DNA from: Alphaproteobacteria bacterium | GTDB taxonomy: Bacteria; Pseudomonadota; Alphaproteobacteria; MPNO01; UBA830 | DNA: 64,000 nt | Reading direction: 5' to 3' | NCBI GenBank assembly: GCA_965243135.1 | Contig: OZ251539.1 | Location: 2,208,001 to 2,272,000 of the forward strand | Part shown: in pieces, positions 33,049 to 42,121 of the stretch | Numbering within the stretch: the first letter of the stretch is position 1 | Layout of the letters: every line of letters begins with the position of its first letter | Notes under the pieces: model-generated | What the model was told of the DNA's origin: nothing | What the model saw: only the letters and a program-made list of their open reading frames with translations | Database searches by the model: none | Program-made: the position numbers and the translations under genes

Positions 33049-33266
33049 GGCGACCGTGGAGCCAAAAACGCGTGTCCAGCCCCCGCCCGAATCATTCGCC
33101 AAGCTTAACCGAACGTTTACTCCGCGAGGAGCGCCGGGCCGCCAACCAGGGGTGGACAGCCTCAGGCACCCGGACGCGCTCTCCCGGTCAAGGATGCCTG
33201 GTTGAACCCTTGCCTGGAGGCGAACTCTCAACACCGTCACCCCACGACCGAACGCTTACGATTCCA

Positions 33267-33461
33267 CAGCAATTCTCGCTAAGGCGGGCGCATGTCCGGA
33301 AGGTACGCCTCGAAGGAGAAATTACCAATAGACAAGCCGCCGCGACACAAGAAAACCTCTCATTTCAAGGCAAATTGCACCGAAATACCCAGAAAAATCT
33401 ACGAAAAATTTTTCTGAAACCCCATATTTTCCAAGGATTAGAGCCTTAGCGAGAATTGCTG
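33267..33461. mobile_element. 195-bp MITE, second copy
   Basis: TIR CAGCAATTCTCGCTAAGGC; its 9-bp TSD GTGATTCCA lies at 30432-30440 and 33462-33470, separated by the later IS66 insertion. Confidence 0.9.
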
Positions 33462-33583
33462 GTGATTCCATGCCTTGCCGTGCGCACGGTGCCATGCGAG
33501 TGGAGCGTCCAACCCGGTTCGCTTGGGAGCCGATAGGGAATGGCCATGCGGTAGACGCCCCTGCCGCATTCCCGGCGATACGC

Positions 33584-36500
33584 TCAACCTGCCGCCCGCG
33601 CCGACGCGGTTAGGGATCCGGAAAGATCGAGGCCGAACGCCGTGATTCGGACATCACTCCGCTCTTCTATGGCCTTCGCCTCCTGCTCAAGGAAATCGAT
33701 CAAACTCGGGAAGTTCATATGCTTGTCTTCCGGCCGTTCCCAATGGCGACTCCCATCACCGTGATAGGTGATCAGCAGGCAGCCCGCGCTGCAATGCCGC
33801 ATGTATTTTCCCAGAAGTTGATCATGAAGCGCTTCCTTGAGTTCGGACGCCGACCATTTGTCGGCGATTTTCAACTCGATCACCGCCTTCTGGTCTCCGG
33901 ATAAAAGCCGGATGTCGGTACGCTTTCCGTCGGCGACCGCTTCCTCCCGAGTGACTTGGTACATGCCCTTTGACATGAACTTCAAAAGCCTAGCGATAGT
34001 GCGCTGCATTCCGGTTTCGTCTATGCCGCGAAACTCGCGCCGGTCGGAAAAATCGCCATGCTGGAGTTCTTCGGCGATATCGTCCAACCGGTCGAGCATG
34101 ACCGAAAACAGGCCGTTCCTGTCGTTGGGCGGCGTTTCGAGGCCCTCGACCAGTTTCACCACGTCCTTGGGGTCGAACGGGCTGAACTCGGCGTCGAAGG
34201 CGGATGCCTCAAGATTCGATGACAGGAGACGTTCCCGGATGTCGACAAAGTCGCTCTCCTGCGCGAGTCCGCGGACGGCCTGCCGGGCTTTCGGTCCCCG
34301 CACGTTCAGCAGCCTGCCGAGCATGCCGTCCCGTACATGTTGGGCATTGTCCCGCTCCGCGGCGGCGATTTGCAGGACCGCGTCGGCGTCGAGCATGCCG
34401 TCCCGTACATGTTGGGCATTGTCCCGGGCACTTGGGGAGTAGACCCCCGTGTGGACCAAATCTTCCGCAGGGCGAATATGCCGGTAGGCGCACCGGACAA
34501 GCTGTTCGAACACTTCGGTGCTCCCGCCGTCGAGACGCAAACCATCAGGGCTGCGGAAGAGCGCAGCGAACGCCTCGGTCGCCTTGCGGTCGGCATCGGT
34601 CGCCTTGGAAAGCCAGTCCGTCAGCGCCTGCGTTCCCTGCGGCGCATCGGATTCGAACAACCCTCTGAGCCAGACGAGCGCGAGCATGCTTTCCGGATCG
34701 TCGCGGTATCGTTCTGCGCATAATTCGGAAATCCGGCGTCGATCCGCTTCGCCGTCGAGCAGGACTCGCAGGACTCGCAGGACTTCTTCCAAACGCAACC
34801 TCCAACGCCGATTGGCAGGATCCGCGACGTCTTCCGGCCATTTTTCCAGCCAGTTCAGCAAGCGAGGAGCCAATAGCCGCTTCAAGCCATCGTCCGAATA
34901 AGTCAGACCGTGCAGAAGAGGAAGGTGGTCCTGCTGATGGCCGAAGCGAAGCTGATCGAGCGCTTCGCCGCCTATCGCCTCTTCGATCGCCTTCGGACGA
35001 GACCTGGCGAGATCGAGGATGAATGGAGCCAGGCCGTTCAACTCGACGGTCGAATAAATTGCGGCTTTCCTCGCTTCTTCGTCCGAGAGCGCTTCTGCCC
35101 ACCCGGACCCAGCGGCTTCGGCCGAGACGCCGTTGAGGCCGAGAATCCAGGATGAGGGAACGTACTTCGCGCCAGGCGGCTGTTCGGACCAGAATTTCGG
35201 CTGCACGGTTCGCCAGTATGCGCAAAAGGCCTTTTCGGCGCGGTCGGCGAATTCCGGGCTGAACGCTTCGACCAACGCGCCTTTGTTCCAGACATTCCGC
35301 CGACTTTGCCGAGGTTCGCGATTCTCGAGCCATTCGACGATCCGTTTGAGCGTATCAAGCCTTTTCTCCTCGGAAAAAGCGGCCTCGGGATTGTCCACCA
35401 CATGGCGGCGCCATCGCCTCCTGTCCTCCCGCTCCTCCTCCGCCTCCAAAGCTTGTTCTCTCTGCAAACGCTCTACTTCACGATCCTGCTTCCGGACCTC
35501 CTCGCCCGGTTCCGGCGGGTTCGCGGCAGCTTCCAGAGCGGAGCGCAGCGCCGGGTCGTCTTTCGACGCATCGCGCATTTCCCGAAGCATTGTCTCGCTC
35601 CGCCCGCTCCCGAGGCCGATCAAGGCGTACAGCGCGACAGGTCGGCGGGCCGGCTGTTTCTTGTCCGCAAGGGCCGCCAACAGCCAGGGACGGTCCTCAT
35701 TGGTCAGCCGCCCCGTGAGACCGTTCTGTGTAGCCCATATGCGCGTCCAGTCATTGGCGGCAGGATGAGTTTTGTCGATAAACTCGAGTTCCGCCCAAAA
35801 CGCCTCCCGTCGCAGCGAACGGCGGAACCGGTCCCGGATGGCTCCGTCTTTCCGGGCTCCCTTGGCGAACCGGGAGGCAATCGCGCAGGCGCGAATCAAG
35901 TCATGCGACGATCGACCTGCGGCGATCTGCCGCTCGCACAGCGCAGCCAGGGAATTCGCGAAGTGTTCGAACTCGCTGCGAAAGCGCCATGGATCCTTGT
36001 CAGACCTGCGTCCCCGCAGGATCAATTCGACCATGCCGTCGCGCAGGGAGCATGCCGCGTCTGAAAGCGGGTCGATTTTCTTGAACCTCTCGCGCAGGTT
36101 CCAGGCGAATTCCCGCCCCGCGCCTCCCGGGTCGCCAGTACGCTCCATCAGCGCGATCAGAGACCCGGCTTCGATGAATTCCGGGAACAGTTCCGCCGCG
36201 ACCTCGCTGACGATTTCGTCCGGCCAGGAGTCGGGCTGGTCCAGCATCTTGCGCACGAGTTCGCGTACGTCCCCGCAGCGCTCGCATGCGGCGAGAGCGA
36301 GGACCGCGGTAACGCGATGGCGAGGCGCAAACGATTCGTCGCGAGCCGCCGACAACGCCAGATCGGCGCATTCCTCGACGGGTCCCAGCCAGATCAGCTT
36401 CGTCAACAGTTCTCGCGCGTCCTCGCTCGGAGGCCCGCTTTTCCATGCGCCGCGTATCGCTTCCGCAAGCTGCGGATGCGCGAACCGGCGCACCTCGTTC

Positions 36501-37957
36501 ATGTTCAACCCGCGCCATCCTCCGCAGTTGTACTTTTCAACGAATGCCTTGACGATCTTGCGTCGGTCCTCCAATTCGAGCGATCCCGGGTCGCCGTGCG
36601 AGAGCAAGACCTCGGGCGCCCGCCCGATCAATTCATTGCGGACCTCGGCATCATCCAGGGCAAGCCATGCGGCGATCGGGCGCGTGGAGGGGAGCACCAA
36701 CTCGTCGCCGCCCTTTTCCGCAAACAGCAGGCGGAACAGGGCACGCCTGGACATGCCTCGCTCGCGCAGCGAACGCAGAAGCCGGGCCGACAAAAATTCC
36801 TCGACCGAACGGTGATGGAAGCGGACGCGCCCGTAGGTGGCGGGATCGAACAGGCCGCGGCGGAGCAGCGTGCGCCGTTTCTTGGGCGACCATGACGGAA
36901 GCATTCCGGCTGGATCGAGCGTTCCGTCGCCCGGATCGCCGCCCGGTTCCGGTGAACGAATGGTTCGCGTCCGGGTCAACGCGAGTCCGAAGGCAAGCAT
37001 TTCGGCTCCCCGATGGGCGTCTGCGTCTTCGAGGTCGCCGGCATCGGGGCGGTCGGGATCTTCCTCCTTCAATTTTGCTTCGACGTTCGCCTCATGCTGT
37101 TCTTTCAGGGTGCCAAGTCGCCCGTCATGCTTCCAGGCTGCGATCAGCGTTGTCAGATCCATGGGCCGTCTGGCGAAAGTCCACGCCCCTTGCCGTGCGA
37201 TCTCCTCAAGAAACGCGGCCGGATCTTCGACATCGTGTTCTTGCGCAAAGAGTTCGACCTTGGCGTCGCTCAACGAAAGCATGACCACCGTTCGGAGCGG
37301 AGCTTCCGGAGGCGAAGGCGCGTTTTGGCTCTCCGAACCGAAGTGCGCTCCGTGATCCGGGACGTTCAAACCGAGACAATCGGATACTTCGCCATTCACG
37401 ACACCCATGAATATTTCCTCGGACGACTGCGGGGGAACCCCGCTTTCCTTCGCCGATACCGGAAGAAGAGTCCGAAAAGCGTCCTCATCGACTTGCGGAC
37501 GCCAGTCGCTGAAGCGGCACGAAACAACGATGCGGGCGCGGGCAAGATGGTCTGCGATGTCCCTGGACAGGTTCAGGAACGCCTCATCGAGCTTGCGTTC
37601 GGTAAGCTTCAGCTCGTCCACCGCGTCGAGGAAGAACCAGGCCGTCCCGGAATCGCTCGATTTCCATTCCGCGTATCTCTCTTCCTCGTCCGGCAACAGG
37701 CATTCGGCGACCGATCCGCGACCGAGGCGTTCAAGCGGCAGGAAGAACGCGAACTTGTCTTCCTCGGAAAGTCGCCGCGCCTGCTCGCGCATCTCGGTCG
37801 TCTTTCCCGAGCCGGCTTCCGCCAACAGAACGACCCGGCAGTATTCCAGCAATTCCGCCCAGCCGACGCCGGACCAAGTGTCGTGCAGCGCCAAATCCGC
37901 GTCTTCGGGTTCCTCGTTCTTCAGGTCGCGAAATCGGCGGTCGAGATCAACATACAT
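33584..37957 (-). CDS. STAND/NACHT-like NTPase with a long helical region and a C-terminal PD-(D/E)xK nuclease (1457 aa)
   Basis: Walker A LAEAGSGKT, Walker B FFLDAVDE, VVSCR, RFHHRSVEEFLSA; C-terminal REE...RTDIRL...VIELKI...QL..KY. Confidence 0.82.
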   Translation of the reverse strand: MYVDLDRRFRDLKNEEPEDADLALHDTWSGVGWAELLEYCRVVLLAEAGSGKTTEMREQARRLSEEDKFAFFLPLERLGRGSVAECLLPDEEERYAEWKSSDSGTAWFFLDAVDELKLTERKLDEAFLNLSRDIADHLARARIVVSCRFSDWRPQVDEDAFRTLLPVSAKESGVPPQSSEEIFMGVVNGEVSDCLGLNVPDHGAHFGSESQNAPSPPEAPLRTVVMLSLSDAKVELFAQEHDVEDPAAFLEEIARQGAWTFARRPMDLTTLIAAWKHDGRLGTLKEQHEANVEAKLKEEDPDRPDAGDLEDADAHRGAEMLAFGLALTRTRTIRSPEPGGDPGDGTLDPAGMLPSWSPKKRRTLLRRGLFDPATYGRVRFHHRSVEEFLSARLLRSLRERGMSRRALFRLLFAEKGGDELVLPSTRPIAAWLALDDAEVRNELIGRAPEVLLSHGDPGSLELEDRRKIVKAFVEKYNCGGWRGLNMNEVRRFAHPQLAEAIRGAWKSGPPSEDARELLTKLIWLGPVEECADLALSAARDESFAPRHRVTAVLALAACERCGDVRELVRKMLDQPDSWPDEIVSEVAAELFPEFIEAGSLIALMERTGDPGGAGREFAWNLRERFKKIDPLSDAACSLRDGMVELILRGRRSDKDPWRFRSEFEHFANSLAALCERQIAAGRSSHDLIRACAIASRFAKGARKDGAIRDRFRRSLRREAFWAELEFIDKTHPAANDWTRIWATQNGLTGRLTNEDRPWLLAALADKKQPARRPVALYALIGLGSGRSETMLREMRDASKDDPALRSALEAAANPPEPGEEVRKQDREVERLQREQALEAEEEREDRRRWRRHVVDNPEAAFSEEKRLDTLKRIVEWLENREPRQSRRNVWNKGALVEAFSPEFADRAEKAFCAYWRTVQPKFWSEQPPGAKYVPSSWILGLNGVSAEAAGSGWAEALSDEEARKAAIYSTVELNGLAPFILDLARSRPKAIEEAIGGEALDQLRFGHQQDHLPLLHGLTYSDDGLKRLLAPRLLNWLEKWPEDVADPANRRWRLRLEEVLRVLRVLLDGEADRRRISELCAERYRDDPESMLALVWLRGLFESDAPQGTQALTDWLSKATDADRKATEAFAALFRSPDGLRLDGGSTEVFEQLVRCAYRHIRPAEDLVHTGVYSPSARDNAQHVRDGMLDADAVLQIAAAERDNAQHVRDGMLGRLLNVRGPKARQAVRGLAQESDFVDIRERLLSSNLEASAFDAEFSPFDPKDVVKLVEGLETPPNDRNGLFSVMLDRLDDIAEELQHGDFSDRREFRGIDETGMQRTIARLLKFMSKGMYQVTREEAVADGKRTDIRLLSGDQKAVIELKIADKWSASELKEALHDQLLGKYMRHCSAGCLLITYHGDGSRHWERPEDKHMNFPSLIDFLEQEAKAIEERSDVRITAFGLDLSGSLTASARAAG
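34318..34426. repeat. Perfect 37-bp direct repeat flanking a 35-bp unique insert (in-frame, +72 nt)
   Basis: CGAGCATGCCGTCCCGTACATGTTGGGCATTGTCCCG at 34318-34354 and 34390-34426. Confidence 0.9.
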
Positions 37958-38907
37958 TGTCCGGTCTTCCTTGCGGCCCCCGCATGCTCCCTCGAGACGC
38001 CGCGCAAGGCGGCGACACCTTCCGCCCAGGCTTTTGCATGGCTTCGCTGGAGCCTCTCGGGCATCGGCTCGGCATCCTTTGAATCTCTGCCGCGAGGTCG
38101 GCCGCCTACCGCGCGGCTCGGCAAGCCGTCAACCTGCCGGCCATGTCGCCATGCGTTTGCCGCATCGTCGGCATAACCGCGCTCTTCACCCGAGGCGTTC
38201 GCCGAAAAAATGCACGGCGCACCCCGCCCATAATCGAGCGCCCGCCGGGTCGCCGCTTCACCGGGAAACATACCGACAACTGCATTATAGCGAGCGACAT
38301 GGAACTGGACCACGCTCCTGCGACGGCCCCCGCCAATTGGGATATCCCGTTTTCCGGGGGCAAATTCTGGTCCGTGTACGCCACCCGCCAAAAAAGCACC
38401 CGTCCGTTCCGCCGCGCCGCAACGCTCCACCGTAGGCCGTCCCGAACCTTCTGGAGCGAATCGCGGTGCAAGGTGCCGAGAACGAAGTCAACCTCGCCTA
38501 ATTTTTCGAGACGCTCGCCGACCGACCGTGAAAAAACTCGTCGCCGCCAACCCGGAGGCAGCCACGCCGTGCGACGCCGGCAAGCAGACCGTCCGCAAGA
38601 TCGTCGTCTCGTAACGGCTGCGTCAATCCGCGCTTTCCCCGGCGTCCTTCTCCTGCCGCAGCCGCGCTTACTCGTCCGGCCAAGCGTCGCGCCGGCAACG
38701 CGCCATACCGTCGGCGCTGCGGAAGATGCGTTTTCCCATTTCGGGCAGGCGCACGCCCCCAGCCTACCGGACCACGAGGCCAATCCCGTCCTTCCCGGCG
38801 TCGGCGACGATACCCTCGATAACAGCCTCGATCGTTCGTTCATTTACGGTAGCGACAGCTATAAGATAGTTTGCAAGCGATGGCGTTTTCTCATCTTCGG
38901 TACTGTA

Positions 38908-40806
38908 ATGGAACTGTTAACGGAACCGGCCGTTTGGCTCGGTTTAGTCTCCGTGGGAGTGCTCGCGGCCTGGCTGAAGGGGTTCCTCAACCAATTCCTG
39001 CCGCCGCCGCAACGGGCATGGTTGGCCATCGCGAATAGTTTGTTCGCCATCAAGACTGGTTTTCGGACCGAATCGCCACCCCCCGAGGATAGGTTTCGTT
39101 TTGTGTTGTGCTGGCTGGAAGACGACACCACGGGACGCGACACGAAAACTGTCGGGCAGGCGTTCACGGGGGTTGAGGGTGTCGAACTGGTCCGCTCCGC
39201 CCGCATTGTGAAGGCATCCGGCGCAGCGGATGAGTGGCTGCCGGCGATGCGCAAAGGCGCCCGCACGGTTCTGGATGAATGGAAAGCCGACCTGGCGGTC
39301 GCCGGCTCGGTCAAGGAATCTGGAAAGGCTCTGAACCTGTGGGTCGTGCCGCGAGAAGGCGACGGCACGCTCCGTCGAGCGGACCGAGCATACGAATTGA
39401 AGAACGTGACACTTCAAAAAGAGTTCCACGAAGACCTCCGAGCGCAGCTTGTCGCTGTGGCGCTCAGGGCCGTGGCACCGCTCGCCGACACCGAAGTGCG
39501 CGGTCGAGTTCTGGAAAAAGAGCTGACCGCCGCCACCGAGAAGCTCGCGACTTTGCTTAAGGGCGCCACAATCACTGGGGGTGACCGTCGCGCTGCCTTG
39601 TCTTTGGCGTATGGTGACGCCCTAGCGGCCCTTGGCGAGCGGGAGAGCGGGCGGAAGCGTCTGGAGCAGGCCGTTGATGCCTACACGCAGGCGCTTGAGG
39701 TGTTCACCCGTGATGGTGCGCCGCTCGCTTGGGCCGGGACGCAGAACAACCTCGGCAACGTCCTTCGGACCTTGGGTGAGCGAGAGAGCGGGTCGGAGCG
39801 TCTGGAGCAGGCCGCCGACGCCTACACGCAGGCGCTCAAGGAGTGCACCCGCGAGAGTGTGCCGTTTGACTGGGCCATGACGCAGAACAACCTCGGCAAC
39901 GTCCTTGCGAACCTTGGCGAACGGGAGACCGGGCGGAAGCGCCTGGAGCAGGCCGTCGACGCCTACACGCAGGCGCTTGAGGTGTTCACCCGTAATGATG
40001 AGCCGCTTCAATGGGCCATGACGCAGAACAACCTCGGCAACGCTCTTCGGATCTTGGGTGAGCGAGAGACCGGACGGGATCGTCTGGAACAAGCCATCGG
40101 CGCCTATACCGAAGCGCTCAAGGAGCGCACCCGCGAGCGTGTGCCGTTTGACTGGGCCGTGACGCAGAACAACCTCGGCAACGCCCTTGCGAATCTTGGC
40201 AAGCGAGAGAGCGTGCCGTCGCGTCTGGAGCAGGCTGTCGGCGCCTACACGCAGGCGCTTGAGGTGTCCACCCATGATGATGCGCCGCTTCAGTGGGCCA
40301 TGACGCAGAACGATCTCGGCAACGCCCTTCAAGCCTTGGGTGAGCTTGTGCAATCGCCGACACGCTTGGAGCAAGCCATCGCTGCCTACGCGCAGGCGCT
40401 TGAGGAACGCACCCGCGAGTGCGCACCGTTTCAGTGGGCTGCGACGCAGAACAATCTCGGCATCGCCCTTCAGACCTTGGGTGCGCTTGAGAAATCGCCG
40501 ACACGCGTGGAGCAAGCCGTCGACGCCTGTACCGAAGCGCTCAAGGAGTGCACCCGCGAGAGTGTGCCGTTTGACTGGGCCGTGACGCAGAACAGTCTCG
40601 GCATCGCCCTTCAGACCTTGGGTGCGCTCGAGAAATCGCCGGAACGCATGCAGCAGGCCATCGCTGCCTATACCGAAGCGCTTCAGGTGTTCGACGCCGA
40701 GGCGACGCCCCAAGACTGGCAGATGGCGCAGAACAATCTTGCTCTTGCCCGCAATCTCCTGCGCGAAATGGAAGCCGAACCCGGATCGGAAGACATTCCG
40801 GGTTGA
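38908..40806 (+). CDS. Membrane-anchored tetratricopeptide-repeat protein
   Basis: Hydrophobic N-terminus (AVWLGLVSVGVLAAWL); about eight 47-aa repeats WAMTQNNLGNAL..LGERE.G..RLEQAV.AYTQAL with 141-nt period. Confidence 0.85.
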   Translation: MELLTEPAVWLGLVSVGVLAAWLKGFLNQFLPPPQRAWLAIANSLFAIKTGFRTESPPPEDRFRFVLCWLEDDTTGRDTKTVGQAFTGVEGVELVRSARIVKASGAADEWLPAMRKGARTVLDEWKADLAVAGSVKESGKALNLWVVPREGDGTLRRADRAYELKNVTLQKEFHEDLRAQLVAVALRAVAPLADTEVRGRVLEKELTAATEKLATLLKGATITGGDRRAALSLAYGDALAALGERESGRKRLEQAVDAYTQALEVFTRDGAPLAWAGTQNNLGNVLRTLGERESGSERLEQAADAYTQALKECTRESVPFDWAMTQNNLGNVLANLGERETGRKRLEQAVDAYTQALEVFTRNDEPLQWAMTQNNLGNALRILGERETGRDRLEQAIGAYTEALKERTRERVPFDWAVTQNNLGNALANLGKRESVPSRLEQAVGAYTQALEVSTHDDAPLQWAMTQNDLGNALQALGELVQSPTRLEQAIAAYAQALEERTRECAPFQWAATQNNLGIALQTLGALEKSPTRVEQAVDACTEALKECTRESVPFDWAVTQNSLGIALQTLGALEKSPERMQQAIAAYTEALQVFDAEATPQDWQMAQNNLALARNLLREMEAEPGSEDIPG

Positions 40807-40959
40807 GGTACGTCCGGACTCCGTTCGAAACGGCAAGAAGTCCGGCGGTGGTCGTCAAACCCGCCCCGAGATTGCCGGGATAACGCCGGAACCTGAACCT
40901 GTCGTTCTGGACCGCCGCCGGTTATCCGCAGACCCCGGCTTAAGGCTCTGCCGCCCCGC

Positions 40960-41630
40960 CAGCTTCATCGTTCGCGCCCTGTCCTGCGGAACAGGTAGCG
41001 AAAACTGTCGGCACCGCGCTTGACAAGAACCACGCGGCTTTCGCCGTTCTCGTCGAGGGCGGGAGCGAACCCGTTCCTGCCGGACGGACGCCATTGCGGA
41101 TGCCGAACAGGCCGGGGCGCGAGATGGCGGAACCCATGGCGTCCTGCCGAACTGCGTGGACCAGGAAACCATGCGGAGCTCGACGGCGCCGACGGCCCCC
41201 CTCTCTGCGATCGTCCATACCGGAACGGAGCCATGGAACGCTGCCGAGAACGTGGACAACTTCAGGAACCCCATCCCGGAGTTCCACAAGTTGCACGCGC
41301 GGTATACCGTCCAGAACGCTCAGAGGACCGACTGTTCCGCCTACGAAAACAACCCCGCAGCGGCTTGTTTCCGGTTGTACCGGGCCGCCGGGGAACTGGA
41401 CAAGCTCCTTCCGCTGGACAAGTATCGCTCTTTACTCCACCTTCTCATCATGATCGCGGTGCCGGGAGCCGGATGCTTTCCCGAAGCCGCGCCGAAAGGA
41501 GCGCCTCTGATTTCGCTCAACATGCGGCCAGGACCCACGCCGCCGACATGGCTTCGAGCCGCGAACTCATGGCCGATCTTGCAGCAGAAAGGTTCGATGC
41601 CGAAACGGGGGACGCTTGAAGTCCGCGCTC
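40960..41630 (+). pseudogene. Possible Rpn/YhgA-like (transposase_31) relic
   Basis: Fragments ..TVGTALDK, MAEPMA, IVHTGTEPWNAA resemble Rpn motifs; heavily frameshifted. Confidence 0.35.
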
Positions 41631-42121
41631 GACGGCATCGTCGACCTGCTCCGGGAAGCGAAGACCCGCTTCAGGGCCGGCCGGACCGCCGGGGAACTCC
41701 TCGCGTACGGTCGCCACTGAAACGGGCGCCGGAAACCGAGGACTCTCCGGAGGCCGCGTTGGAAGGATCGCCGCGGATGGCGCTGAACCCGCTCAACGCC
41801 GCAATGCGCTCTGGCGCACGATGCGGTTGGAGGGTACGGCCGGGTCGGAGCCTCGGTAGCCGCTGTACTGGAAATATCGACTCGCCTGTTTCGCAAGCTT
41901 CCGCACACCGTCCTGACGGTATTCAACCCGGCAACGCGAGCCCATGCGCCTTTAGGAGCTTTCAGGGAATCGCTTCGCGCCCGGCGCGTGTATGTAACGT
42001 TCGTTTTATGCTCTATAGTCCGACCGGAACCACTTCCTCGGCGAAGATACCCGGACCCGTGGGCGATGTTTGATCTCGGTTCGGCGCCGGGTCCGGCCGG
42101 CGGAAGCACGAGGCGGCTTAG

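Larger units (their letters stand above)
30442..33259 (-). mobile_element. IS66-family element (TnpC only) with a DUF4338 passenger, decayed copy
   Basis: TIR GTAAGCGTTCGGTCGTGGGGTGACGG; 8-bp TSD GATTCCAC (30434-30441 / 33260-33267). Confidence 0.92.

Noticed and set aside
38143-38907. 255-aa N-terminal extension of the TPR protein
   Set aside because: Arg/Pro-rich non-coding-like translation; protein-like sequence starts at Met 38908.
39620-40760. 141-bp periodic repeats as a CRISPR or non-coding array
   Set aside because: They are in-frame TPR coding repeats.
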